This document shows positions 15,868-24,099 of a stretch of DNA of 32,000 bases, piece after piece. The stretch covers positions 4,830,001 to 4,862,000 of the forward strand of contig NC_009925.1 of the NCBI RefSeq assembly GCF_000018105.1, given 5' to 3'. A model generated the notes under the pieces. The model was not told the origin of the DNA. It made no database searches and worked only from the letters and a program-made list of their open reading frames with translations. The DNA comes from Acaryochloris marina MBIC11017 (GTDB lineage Bacteria; Cyanobacteriota; Cyanobacteriia; Thermosynechococcales; Thermosynechococcaceae). Every line of letters begins with the position of its first letter. Within the stretch, counting starts at the first letter, position 1. The translations under genes were made by a program, and so were the position numbers.

Positions 15868-16219
15868 TATTTATTTCAGGATGTGCTGATGCTGGCTTCA
15901 GTCCCTTAAGCTGCCAAAGATAGCTCGTGTTTATAGATGATTAGCAATCAAGTTACATTGCCGAGAGGAGCGACGACGATTGTGATAGTGCTCAGACAGA
16001 AGTCTCGTGTGTGAAGACTAATGATGACTTAGTTTTTAATCTTCTCAAGTTTGAGTAGAGAAAGGACTATTCTCCCATTTCCAAATCTTATAACCCAAGA
16101 GTTCAGAACATTCGGTATGATTCTGAGAACAGAGTAGAGCGGCTGAACCGAAATAAGCCAGCTATACTCCTAATATATAGATCTTTACGATTGTCGTTTA
16201 TCATTCCACTTTTGAATTC

Positions 16220-16891
16220 ATGGTCTACGGAACATCCTCTGCTCGGGCTGAAATGAGTGAACTGCGGCGTCTGCGGACGCTCCTGCCACCTGAGCTGCAA
16301 AGCTGGGTCACCGTAGAAGCGACAACAGCCACCAACTCCTCCCTGATTACCTGTGAAGAATTGGGGCAAGATGAAGTCGAAATTCAGATTGATCTTCTCA
16401 AGTGGGAGCAGTTTGCCAAAGACCAACGCAACCTCCTGTTTTGGCACCAAGTCGCTCGGATTCAGAACGATACTATTCCCCGAGATGGCTGGGAAATGGC
16501 TGCTTTGGCTATTGGTTTAGGGGGTGCGGTCGGTGAGCTATGGGTCCAAGATGGACTCTTGCTGATGTTGGCCTTGGCCCTATGTGGTGTATCTGGTTGG
16601 CGGCTGTATCAACGCAATAACTCCCAGAAGAGTGTTGATGATCTAACGGCTGCGGATCAAAAAGCGATCGCACTCGCGACTCGCTTTGGCTATACTCTCC
16701 CCAATGCCTATAAAAGCTTAGGGAGTGCCTTAAAAATCTTGATTGACCAATCCCCTAGTCGTCGTAACCGCAAACGCTATGAAACCCGGCTCCAGTCCTT
16801 GAAAGATAGTGCTGCAGAAGCAAAAGCGAGAAGTCAATCTATGCGTGCAGAGCAGCGGAATCGGATGCCCGATATGAACTATCCTTCCTGA
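16220..16891 (+). CDS. Conserved hypothetical membrane protein (two predicted TM helices, basic coiled C-terminus)
   Basis: 223-aa ORF with an ATG start. Hydrophobic segments are WEMAALAIGLGGAVGELW and LLLMLALALCGVSGW. The C-terminal tail is charged (RRNRKRYETRLQSLKDSAAEAKARSQ). A HIP1 site lies within it, and its last 13 nt overlap the convergent RNase gene. Confidence 0.65.
   Translation: MVYGTSSARAEMSELRRLRTLLPPELQSWVTVEATTATNSSLITCEELGQDEVEIQIDLLKWEQFAKDQRNLLFWHQVARIQNDTIPRDGWEMAALAIGLGGAVGELWVQDGLLLMLALALCGVSGWRLYQRNNSQKSVDDLTAADQKAIALATRFGYTLPNAYKSLGSALKILIDQSPSRRNRKRYETRLQSLKDSAAEAKARSQSMRAEQRNRMPDMNYPS
16664..16671. repeat. HIP1 octamer GCGATCGC
   Basis: Exact match read in sequence. 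Confidence 0.95.
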
Positions 16892-18921
16892 GCATCATCA
16901 GGCGAAGCAGTAAAACATTCTTGCAGCTGAATCCGATCTAATCGGGGATTTACAGAGGCCACTTTGACATCCAGTCGGTCCCCCAAAACAACCGGGTGGT
17001 CCAGGCGCATCACCAGTTCCAGTCCTAAATCTTCTAGCAAAATTAGGGCTAAATTTTCATGTTCGCGCAACCACCGCAGCACCATTGCCGGCCAGACCGT
17101 CTGACCATGTTGTCGTAAATACTCCAAACTCCAGTAGCGATTGGTTTGCCGTTCCAAAAGGGTGGCCTCATAGGCGGCGGTAGTCACGCTGGGTATGAGG
17201 GTTGTTAAGTCCGTTTTACTAAAGGGCAATTCTTCGTCTCGAAGATGAGCCTTAATTTGAAAATGAGCAACTAAATCTGCATAGCGACGGATGGGGGACG
17301 TGACTTGGCAGTAACAATCCAGGCCCAAGCTGGCGTGACGAGCGGGACTAATGCTGACCTCACTGCGAGGCATACAGCTACGAATCGCGCAATAGCGAAC
17401 AAATCCTGGTGCAAGCTGTAATAGCTCTTCTTCCGGCGGCAGTTCAGGCTGAGGCTGGTGGCGAAAGGGCAATGGTAAATCATTATCTTGACCATAACGG
17501 GCGGCCACTTCCCCCGTTAAGATCATCATTTCAGCGACTAGGTTACGGGCAGAAGAATCGTACAGAACCTGAATGTCGACCTTCTCTCCCTCCACTTTGA
17601 TGGAGGATTCCGGCATCTGAATGCTGATAGCGCCTTGGGATTTACGCCAGGCTTGGCGTTGTTTGGCCCATTGGGCCAAAGCTAATAGTTCAGACTCTGC
17701 CTCTACTCCAAGCTCCAGCATTTCATCCACATCAGCATAGGTGAGGCGATAGGTAGGCTGGACCTGGCTACAGCGAATCTCATAGGATTCAATCGCCCCT
17801 TCTGCGGTGAGGATGACGCCAAAGCTGAGGGCACAACAGATTTGTCCCTGAACCAAACTCATGGGTCCCGTCGATAGTTCCGTTGGGAACATGGGAATCA
17901 TGCCCGTGGGTAAGTAAACCGTTGTCCCTCGGCGTTGAGCTTCTTGGTCTAATTCATCGCCTAGAGTGATCCAGCGACTGGGGTCAGCAATATGGACCCA
18001 GACCCGCTGTTTACCGTCTGGGAGAAATTCTAAGCTAAGACCATCATCGATCTCGGACGTGCTTTCATCATCAATGGTATAGACTTTCAAACTGGTCAAG
18101 TCGTGACGTTCAGCATGTAAGTCTGGTGGCGGCATTTTCAGCAATTGATCAACGGCAGCGAGAACAGACGACGAAAATTGAACTGGAGTTTTGCTGCGAT
18201 ACAGATGTAAATTTTGGTGAGGATCCCAGACCTTCACATCGACTAACAACTGAAAAGCCGCATCTGGCGAGGTGCCTCGCTTCAAGGTCGACAATACTTC
18301 AGTGGCAGTTGAACGAGTGGTGGCCTCATCTCCTAAAGCAGCAAACTTTTCCAATGCTTGGAGATAGGTGCGATCGCATCCTTGCCACTCTACGGTATCA
18401 CCCGCGATTGCTTGCTCTAGTTTTTGATAAAAAGCTTGTTGTTCTTGCTGACGTTTGGCTTGCTGCTCAAGCTGATGCTGGAGTTCTGCAACTTGGCTAG
18501 CAGAACGGGGCTCAAAGCAATCCCCTTTCTGCTTAAAGTAAATGCGGTCATCGCTTAATAGGCAGTGAGAGGCGTAGCAAAGAGGCGGGCTTTGGTCCGA
18601 AAACAATAGCTGGGCCAAATCGGCAGGCGCAACGGACTGGGAGTCTTCCAGTAGGATTTCCCAAGCGACTTCTAGGCTGCTTGGATCAATATAGGACTCA
18701 GCCTCTGACTGAAATTCAGCAATCTCAGAGGGCGTATAGGTTTTCCCCGAAACCACAAAGGTGAATTGTCGAGGATGAAGCGTGTGGGTTTGTCCCGTTT
18801 GATCAACAACAACCCAGTTCTTCTTTCCTTCAGGTCGATCTAATACGCCCAATTGAAAGGGACGCTGCCCTTCGGCACAATCGCCCCGTCTTTTGAATTC
18901 AATTAATGTTCCTTTCTCCAC
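16879..18921 (-). CDS. RNase II/R family 3'-5' exoribonuclease (RNB domain, C-terminal S1-like)
   Basis: 680-aa ORF. RNB catalytic region VYTIDDESTSEIDDGLSLE, with later TVYLPTGMIPMFP and TSPIRRYADLVAHFQ. GTG start at 18921. It lies directly downstream of rpmG-rpsR on the same strand. Confidence 0.9.
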   Translation of the reverse strand: MEKGTLIEFKRRGDCAEGQRPFQLGVLDRPEGKKNWVVVDQTGQTHTLHPRQFTFVVSGKTYTPSEIAEFQSEAESYIDPSSLEVAWEILLEDSQSVAPADLAQLLFSDQSPPLCYASHCLLSDDRIYFKQKGDCFEPRSASQVAELQHQLEQQAKRQQEQQAFYQKLEQAIAGDTVEWQGCDRTYLQALEKFAALGDEATTRSTATEVLSTLKRGTSPDAAFQLLVDVKVWDPHQNLHLYRSKTPVQFSSSVLAAVDQLLKMPPPDLHAERHDLTSLKVYTIDDESTSEIDDGLSLEFLPDGKQRVWVHIADPSRWITLGDELDQEAQRRGTTVYLPTGMIPMFPTELSTGPMSLVQGQICCALSFGVILTAEGAIESYEIRCSQVQPTYRLTYADVDEMLELGVEAESELLALAQWAKQRQAWRKSQGAISIQMPESSIKVEGEKVDIQVLYDSSARNLVAEMMILTGEVAARYGQDNDLPLPFRHQPQPELPPEEELLQLAPGFVRYCAIRSCMPRSEVSISPARHASLGLDCYCQVTSPIRRYADLVAHFQIKAHLRDEELPFSKTDLTTLIPSVTTAAYEATLLERQTNRYWSLEYLRQHGQTVWPAMVLRWLREHENLALILLEDLGLELVMRLDHPVVLGDRLDVKVASVNPRLDRIQLQECFTASPDDAQEG
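18370..18377. repeat. HIP1 octamer GCGATCGC
   Basis: Exact match read in sequence. Confidence 0.95.
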
Positions 18922-19006
18922 TCAATTGGCTCATCCAATTTCAGTAGTTATGGCAAGTACGAACTAGCCCACAGCAGGGGTAGTTCTATCAGTCGATACC
19001 TACCCT

Positions 19007-19222
19007 CTAACCTTCGCGGTTGATGAAAGGAAGGAGTGCCAGGACTCGAGCCTGCTTGATGGCCCGGGTCAAATCACGCTGCTGACGAGCGGTGAGGCCA
19101 GTAATCCGTCTAGGCAAGATCTTGCCGCGCTCAGTGATAAAACGACGGAGGAGATCAACATCCTTGTAATCAATCGGATCACCTGGCTTGATCGGAGAAA
19201 CACGGCGGCGATAGTAAGGCAT
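19007..19222 (-). CDS. rpsR: 30S ribosomal protein S18
   Basis: 71-aa [46 protein letters not shown] is the canonical S18 sequence. Confidence 0.97.
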   Translation of the reverse strand: MPYYRRRVSPIKPGDPIDYKDVDLLRRFITERGKILPRRITGLTARQQRDLTRAIKQARVLALLPFINREG

Positions 19223-19254
19223 AAGGTCTTGATAAACGTCTAATAGGTGGACAA

Positions 19255-19443
19255 CTACTTAATTTCTTTATGGTTTGTATGCTTATTGCAATGAGTGCAG
19301 AACTTCTTCAGTTCCAGCCGAGACGTAGTATTACGTCTATTTTTCGTGGTTGTGTACCGGGATACCCCTGGCGATCGCTTATTGGAGTTGGACCGACATT
19401 CGGTACATTCCAATGTGACGATGATCCGAACACCTTTTGCCAT
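19255..19443 (-). CDS. rpmG: 50S ribosomal protein L33
   Basis: 62-aa ORF starting [16 protein letters not shown] and ending [13 protein letters not shown] (zinc-ribbon CxxC...CxxC), with [10 protein letters not shown]. It lies 32 nt upstream of rpsR. Confidence 0.96.
   Translation of the reverse strand: MAKGVRIIVTLECTECRSNSNKRSPGVSRYTTTKNRRNTTSRLELKKFCTHCNKHTNHKEIK
19371..19378. repeat. HIP1 octamer GCGATCGC
   Basis: Exact match read in sequence. Confidence 0.95.
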
Positions 19444-19544
19444 GTGTTTTTACCGCATCAAAATTTCTAATTGGACACAAACGATAATTATCTCATGATT
19501 AGTCGAAAATCAGCTACTTTTTTTAACGATGAACTAAGGTCAAG

Positions 19545-20906
19545 TTACGATTTACCTCTTTCATCGGCTTGGGCAGACCGCCAAGACAAACATTCATAGA
19601 CCTTGACCAGATCTTCAGCTTGTCCGACATTCCCTGGGAACAAGACGACTGGTAGCTGAGAAAACCTATGGCCTGGTGCCGTTTGCACAATACAACATCC
19701 CGGTAGGATTTGGCCCAATAGTCGCACAGATGTCAGGGTGAGCCCTCGTGCCAAGATGGTATTCGAGGTCATTCCCCCCTTACTGACTAAGTACCCCAGA
19801 CGAGTAGGTAGCTGTTGGACAATATTTGCCAACAGATCAGACACCAAACTGTTAAAGTACAGCCGCTCCGACAAGTCCGTAAAACTGAGAGGTGGTCGAC
19901 TCGTATAAATGACCGGGGTATTGTGTCGGTGAAATATTGCATCCGCTTGTGCCAGAACTTGGCCTCTGATTTGGCTACTCTCAACTTCCCTATTTTGGAG
20001 AGGTGTTAGATCAATTTCGATGCCCTCAACTTGAGGCAAAGCCAGTAAATTCTTAAGCTGAACCGTCGTTTTCTGAACATAGGAGCCGACGATAAACACA
20101 CCTGGGTGCGCGCTTTGCACTGTTTCCCCCATTGCTGCTGCCGGAATGGGTTGTGGGGGCAAATCTCCAAAGGCGGTCAGCAAACTCGCCGCACTTCGAA
20201 ATAAGAAGCGTTTTCCCTGAGTAGAAGCCGACAAGGTGAGTTTTGCAAAACGATCCAGATCGGCTTGTTCAACTGCATCAACCACTACATATTGATTGTC
20301 TTGTAAGCTGAGTAACCACTGCAAATCCTGGGAAGTGGATGAAGAGAAATGTAGAACTTGTGAGGCAGGAATTCGCCCTTCTGTTTTCTCAGCTATGTAG
20401 TCTGGGAGAAAACTATGCCGATAACCAAAAACGGGATCCTGGGCAAATTCAGTCTCATGCACAGGGACAAGCTGATTTTGAGTTTGGATGTAGTGAATAC
20501 CGTTTTGGGTAATTCTGCCGCCTTCTAGGAACGCCGGAACCAGAAACTGAGCATCAAAAGGTCCCAGCTCTTCCGTGATCACATCTGTTTCTAAAGGATA
20601 ATGGCCCCGTAAGGTGGAATCTGAGCGACTGACAATCAAATAGGGTTGAAGGCAGGCTTTGGTCTTGATTGACTGAGCTTTTGCCATTGCCATCTTCAAG
20701 TTGCGGCATACCTCCCGTGTCACTTGAGCTGCTTCTGCAGCTGATCTGCCACGGGTATTGGTCAGAACAAATAAAAGCGGCGATGGGTCTAATAATCCCT
20801 GGCAAAGGGTTTCCACATCCCATTGCAACAACAATAAGCAACTATGAACGGTTTGCGATCCGGTTGGATCATCATCTAACACCACAATTTTGGGTGAGTC
20901 AGCCAT
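19545..20906 (-). CDS. Four-carbon acid sugar kinase family protein (DUF1537; OtnK/DtnK/4-hydroxythreonine kinase family)
   Basis: 453-aa ORF. The N-terminus KIVVLDDDPTGSQT is the family hallmark (xDDxTGS/A). It has a two-domain length and a C-terminal nucleotide-binding half (LVSKGGMTS). The start overlaps the upstream gene's stop by 1 nt. Confidence 0.82.
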   Translation of the reverse strand: MADSPKIVVLDDDPTGSQTVHSCLLLLQWDVETLCQGLLDPSPLLFVLTNTRGRSAAEAAQVTREVCRNLKMAMAKAQSIKTKACLQPYLIVSRSDSTLRGHYPLETDVITEELGPFDAQFLVPAFLEGGRITQNGIHYIQTQNQLVPVHETEFAQDPVFGYRHSFLPDYIAEKTEGRIPASQVLHFSSSTSQDLQWLLSLQDNQYVVVDAVEQADLDRFAKLTLSASTQGKRFLFRSAASLLTAFGDLPPQPIPAAAMGETVQSAHPGVFIVGSYVQKTTVQLKNLLALPQVEGIEIDLTPLQNREVESSQIRGQVLAQADAIFHRHNTPVIYTSRPPLSFTDLSERLYFNSLVSDLLANIVQQLPTRLGYLVSKGGMTSNTILARGLTLTSVRLLGQILPGCCIVQTAPGHRFSQLPVVLFPGNVGQAEDLVKVYECLSWRSAQADERGKS

Positions 20907-21454
20907 CAGCCCTCTGCCATCAATCCGGTTGGATAGCCATCAATGCTGACTTGATTTTTCTGGGCTTGATAGTCTCGCAGACCCTCCTCCCCTTTTTGGG
21001 TTGCCCATTGGATCAGCTGATCTCGATCGCCTTGGTAGTCGTAGAGAGGAACACCAAACCCACAGGATATTTGTACAGATTCAATATGCAGCGCGACAAT
21101 CTGTCGTGCTCCCGGCAGGGCATCGAAGGGTTTGAACCAGTCGGGCCAGGTGCGATCCCAGGGGCGAATCACCTCTCCTTGCCCGTACAATCGCAGAATT
21201 AATGGATCCCCTGCAAAGCTACAGAACATAATGGTTAACCGTCCGTTCTCAGCCACATGGGCACTCGTTTCATTGCCACTGCCTGTCAAGTCTAGATAAG
21301 CAACTTCATTTTTACCCAGACATCTGAAGGTATTCATGCCCTTAGGAGACAAATTGACACGGCCCTGACGTGGAGCCGATGCCGTAAAAAATATTTGTTG
21401 CTTTTGAATGAAGGCTTGTAACGCTGGGGTTAGCTCAGAATAAAACTTAGCCAT
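20906..21454 (-). CDS. Pyridoxamine 5'-phosphate oxidase-family (FMN-binding split-barrel) protein
   Basis: 182-aa ORF. FFTASAPRQGRVNLSPKG, AYLDLTGSGNETSAHV, GRLTIMFCSF and ILRLYGQGEV match the general PNPOx-like split-barrel pattern. Confidence 0.78.
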   Translation of the reverse strand: MAKFYSELTPALQAFIQKQQIFFTASAPRQGRVNLSPKGMNTFRCLGKNEVAYLDLTGSGNETSAHVAENGRLTIMFCSFAGDPLILRLYGQGEVIRPWDRTWPDWFKPFDALPGARQIVALHIESVQISCGFGVPLYDYQGDRDQLIQWATQKGEEGLRDYQAQKNQVSIDGYPTGLMAEG

Positions 21455-21711
21455 GACACAGTTGAGGGCAACCTCGAAGATTCCTGAACAAAAATAGCAA
21501 TATCAAATATAAAAAAAATCTAAAAATCAAGCGATATAGGTAAAGTTAAACGGCAATACGCTCTATTTGAGGCAGGGCATAGCTTAGATAGCTCAGAATC
21601 AGCTATTTCCTGGGTACCAATCTGATTAACTGTCCCAAATGGACTTGTGCAAATTTCCTATGTTCTCGATAATATTAGCTGGAAAGTATAAATGCTTAGA
21701 GAAACAATATT

Positions 21712-22206
21712 ATGCTCCGACTCAAATCCGCCTTAATCATAGGACTTTTAAGTGCCCTTTCTCTGACTGCTTGTAGCGAAGCAGGTGATGCGGTTAAGGA
21801 TACGGCTGACAAGGCCAAAGAAACCGCTGCTGAAACCACCGAGAAGGTAACCGATACCGCAACTGAAACCGCAGAAAAAGCTAAAGATACTGTTTCAGAT
21901 ACCGTTAACAAAGGTGCAGACCTCGTTGCCCTCAAAGATAACGTTTCCACCATGAAGGATGGCGTTACCTCAACCCTGGATGCTGCAAAATCTGGAGATT
22001 TTGACACTGCAAAAACAGAATTTGCCAAAGTACAGGATGCTTGGCCTGCGCTCAAGGACAGCATCAAGCCTGACTCTGCCCAATCCATTCAAGATGGTAT
22101 TGAGACCGTCAAAGCAAGCCTAGGTGAAGGTGAGCCCAACAAGGACAAAGTTGTTGGCGAATTGACCAACCTGCTGAAGTCTGTCACAGGCATCAAGCTA
22201 GGCTAG
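21712..22206 (+). CDS. Lipoprotein with four tandem LEA-like 11-residue repeats
   Basis: 164-aa ORF. Signal peptide plus lipobox LSLTAC (Cys21). aa 27-70 form four 11-mers: AVKDTADKAKE, TAAETTEKVTD, TATETAEKAKD and TVSDTVNKGAD. The C-terminal half is helical and charged. A strong terminator follows. Confidence 0.8.
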   Translation: MLRLKSALIIGLLSALSLTACSEAGDAVKDTADKAKETAAETTEKVTDTATETAEKAKDTVSDTVNKGADLVALKDNVSTMKDGVTSTLDAAKSGDFDTAKTEFAKVQDAWPALKDSIKPDSAQSIQDGIETVKASLGEGEPNKDKVVGELTNLLKSVTGIKLG

Positions 22207-22236
22207 CGTCTCATTAAACTTGTAATCAATGTTAAG

Positions 22237-22281
22237 GGCTAGAAATTGTAACTATTTTCTAGCCTTTCTTATCTCTTCTTC
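22237..22281 (+). terminator. Rho-independent terminator between convergent genes
   Basis: Perfect 9-bp stem: ggctagaaa (22237-22245) pairs with tttctagcc (22256-22264). The loop is 10 nt, followed by the T-rich tract tttcttatctcttcttc. Confidence 0.8.
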
Positions 22282-22332
22282 AGGGGCCATCGTTGCTAAT
22301 CTGCAGCCAGATTGGCAGTCCAAGCTTCCAAG

Positions 22333-22935
22333 CTATTTAAAATCAGGACTAACTTGAAAGGCTGGATCGAGCAATCGGACTTCATAAGCTTCGTCTGGAG
22401 CAATGGTCCACAAGGTATCGGCAAAGGTAACGGATTGACCTGGCCCAATGGTGCTGGGTTTGGGTTGAGCACTGCCGGTTTGCAACAGATTTCCCCGTCT
22501 ATCTAGAATTTCGTAGTTGACTGCAATGACGGTCACTGGCTGATCATTTTCATTGGTGAGAATTCCAGACAGATGAGATGATCCGTTGAGCTGAATGATG
22601 TAGTCCAAGTCAATATCTTCGACCTTAAGGTTACGAAGTATCTTCTGCAGCTTTAGGTCTCGATCGTCACGGGCAGCATATTTAGGCTGAACTGCCGATC
22701 TCGGTCTAGCACGTTCCGCTGCTTGGTTGAGATTGATTAACTGCTGCCAATAGGACTGAAATTGCTGTTTTTGCTCCGCTGTCTCACCAATAATGACAAT
22801 ATCCTGTTCAGCCTGAGCAACAGCGGGTAATGCGAGGGGAAACATCGTTAGCAAGCTCAACAGAGCTTTCAGCAGTGGAGTTGGAGAATTGCGGTTTATC
22901 ATTTCGCTCTTAGCCTTTTCATCGCGTGTATTCAA
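22333..22935 (-). CDS. Secreted hypothetical protein (possible FxLYD-type C-terminal beta domain)
   Basis: 200-aa ORF from a TTG; the ATG at 22902 (MINRNSPTPLL...) is the more likely start. Signal peptide LLKALLSLLTMFPLALPAVAQA. The C-terminus VTVIAVNYEILDRRGNLLQTG...GPGQSVTF resembles FxLYD-domain proteins, but I could not verify this. Confidence 0.6.
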   Translation of the reverse strand: MNTRDEKAKSEMINRNSPTPLLKALLSLLTMFPLALPAVAQAEQDIVIIGETAEQKQQFQSYWQQLINLNQAAERARPRSAVQPKYAARDDRDLKLQKILRNLKVEDIDLDYIIQLNGSSHLSGILTNENDQPVTVIAVNYEILDRRGNLLQTGSAQPKPSTIGPGQSVTFADTLWTIAPDEAYEVRLLDPAFQVSPDFK

Positions 22936-22987
22936 GTCCCCTTTTCAACCCTAACGAACGGAAACTAGAATGCGTGTGATCAGTCAT

Positions 22988-23008
22988 AAATCTTGCAATG
23001 CAGGATTT
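22988..23008. promoter_or_regulatory. 21-bp near-perfect palindrome in a divergent promoter region
   Basis: aaatcttgca-a-tgcaggattt: 9 of 10 arm positions are complementary. It lies between the minus-strand secreted-protein gene and the plus-strand alcohol dehydrogenase gene. Confidence 0.4.
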
Positions 23009-23100
23009 GAATTTCGCCAATTCTTAAAACAGTCCACAGGCCAAGTGTGGTGAGATTTTTTAGATTATTATCACCCCATCTGCTTCATGAGGATGAATGA

Positions 23101-24099
23101 ATGGTCAACGCCTATGCGGCCTTTGAACAGGGGGGAGTCCTTCAGCCCTTTGAGTATGATCCTGGACCGTTAGGTCGCCAACAGGTGGATATCCAAGTTG
23201 AGTATTGTGGTATCTGCCACAGCGACCTCAGCATGATTAAAAACGAATGGGGGATGACCCAGTATCCCTTTGTACCTGGCCATGAAATTGTCGGTATTGT
23301 GGCTGAGATCGGCTCTGAGGTGACGACCCTGCGGGTGGGCCAGCGCGTCGGATTGGGGTGGTATTCGTCCTCCTGTATGCATTGCGAGTGGTGCATGGGG
23401 GGCGATCACCATCTCTGTCTATCTGCTGAAGGCACTATTGTGGGCCGACCCGGTGGATTTGCCGATCAGGTTCGGGCCGATCAGAGTTGGATTGTACCCA
23501 TTCCAGAGTCCATTGATTCGGCGGTTGCAGGTCCCCTCTTCTGTGCCGGCATTACAGTATTTCAGCCAATCATTCAATGTGGCGTCCAACCCACGGATCG
23601 AGTGGCCGTGATTGGTATTGGTGGACTCGGCCATTTAGCCCTACAGTTTCTCAATGCCTGGGGATGTGAAGTGACGGCGTTATCCACCCAACCTGACAAG
23701 GAAGCTGAAGCCCGCAGATTAGGCGCTCACCATTTTGTCAATACTCGCGATCCAGCAGCATTGCAGGCAATCGCTAATTCCTGTGATTACATTATTTCCA
23801 CCGTCAATGTGTCTTTAGAGTGGTCCATCTATCTCAATGCGCTTCGGCCTAAAGGTCGACTGCATTTGGTTGGGGTGGCTCCTGATCTGTCTTTACCTGT
23901 CTTTCCCTTATTGGCGGGACAGCGATCCATCTCAGGCAGCCCTGTAGGGAGTCCAGCCACCATCACTAAAATGCTGAACTTTGTAGCTCGCCATGGGCTT
24001 GCACCTCAGACTGAGGTTTTTCCTCTCGCTCAAGTCAATGAAGCGTTAGAGAAGTTACGCAGTCAGCACCCTCCCTATCGTTTGGCCCTGAAATGCTAA
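23101..24099 (+). CDS. Zinc-dependent NAD(P)-alcohol dehydrogenase (cinnamyl-ADH/YahK-like)
   Basis: 332-aa ORF. Catalytic Zn motif CGICHSDL and GHEIVG, structural Zn cysteines CMHCEWCMGGDHHLC, and Rossmann motif IGIGGLGHLA. Confidence 0.9.
   Translation: MVNAYAAFEQGGVLQPFEYDPGPLGRQQVDIQVEYCGICHSDLSMIKNEWGMTQYPFVPGHEIVGIVAEIGSEVTTLRVGQRVGLGWYSSSCMHCEWCMGGDHHLCLSAEGTIVGRPGGFADQVRADQSWIVPIPESIDSAVAGPLFCAGITVFQPIIQCGVQPTDRVAVIGIGGLGHLALQFLNAWGCEVTALSTQPDKEAEARRLGAHHFVNTRDPAALQAIANSCDYIISTVNVSLEWSIYLNALRPKGRLHLVGVAPDLSLPVFPLLAGQRSISGSPVGSPATITKMLNFVARHGLAPQTEVFPLAQVNEALEKLRSQHPPYRLALKC

Noticed and set aside
16103-16450. A 115-aa minus-strand ORF overlapping the start of the 16220-16891 gene
   Set aside because: It is mostly antisense to the better-supported plus-strand membrane protein and has no motifs.
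8013-16663. Absence of HIP1 from the ATPase gene and the vapBC islet, considered as evidence of foreign origin
   Set aside because: Gaps between the 11 HIP1 sites are 4-6 kb in several clearly native stretches too (for example 19379-25191 and 25623-31478). The gaps over the putative islands are therefore not informative on their own.
20669-21202. A 177-aa plus-strand ORF spanning the DUF1537-kinase / PNPOx-like gene junction
   Set aside because: It is antisense to two well-supported, translationally coupled genes and is most likely a shadow ORF.
21696-22088. A 130-aa minus-strand ORF opposite the lipoprotein gene
   Set aside because: The repetitive K/D/E/T/A codon content of the plus strand removes stop codons from the antisense frame. 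The plus-strand product has a signal peptide, a lipobox and a downstream terminator, and the antisense product has none of these.
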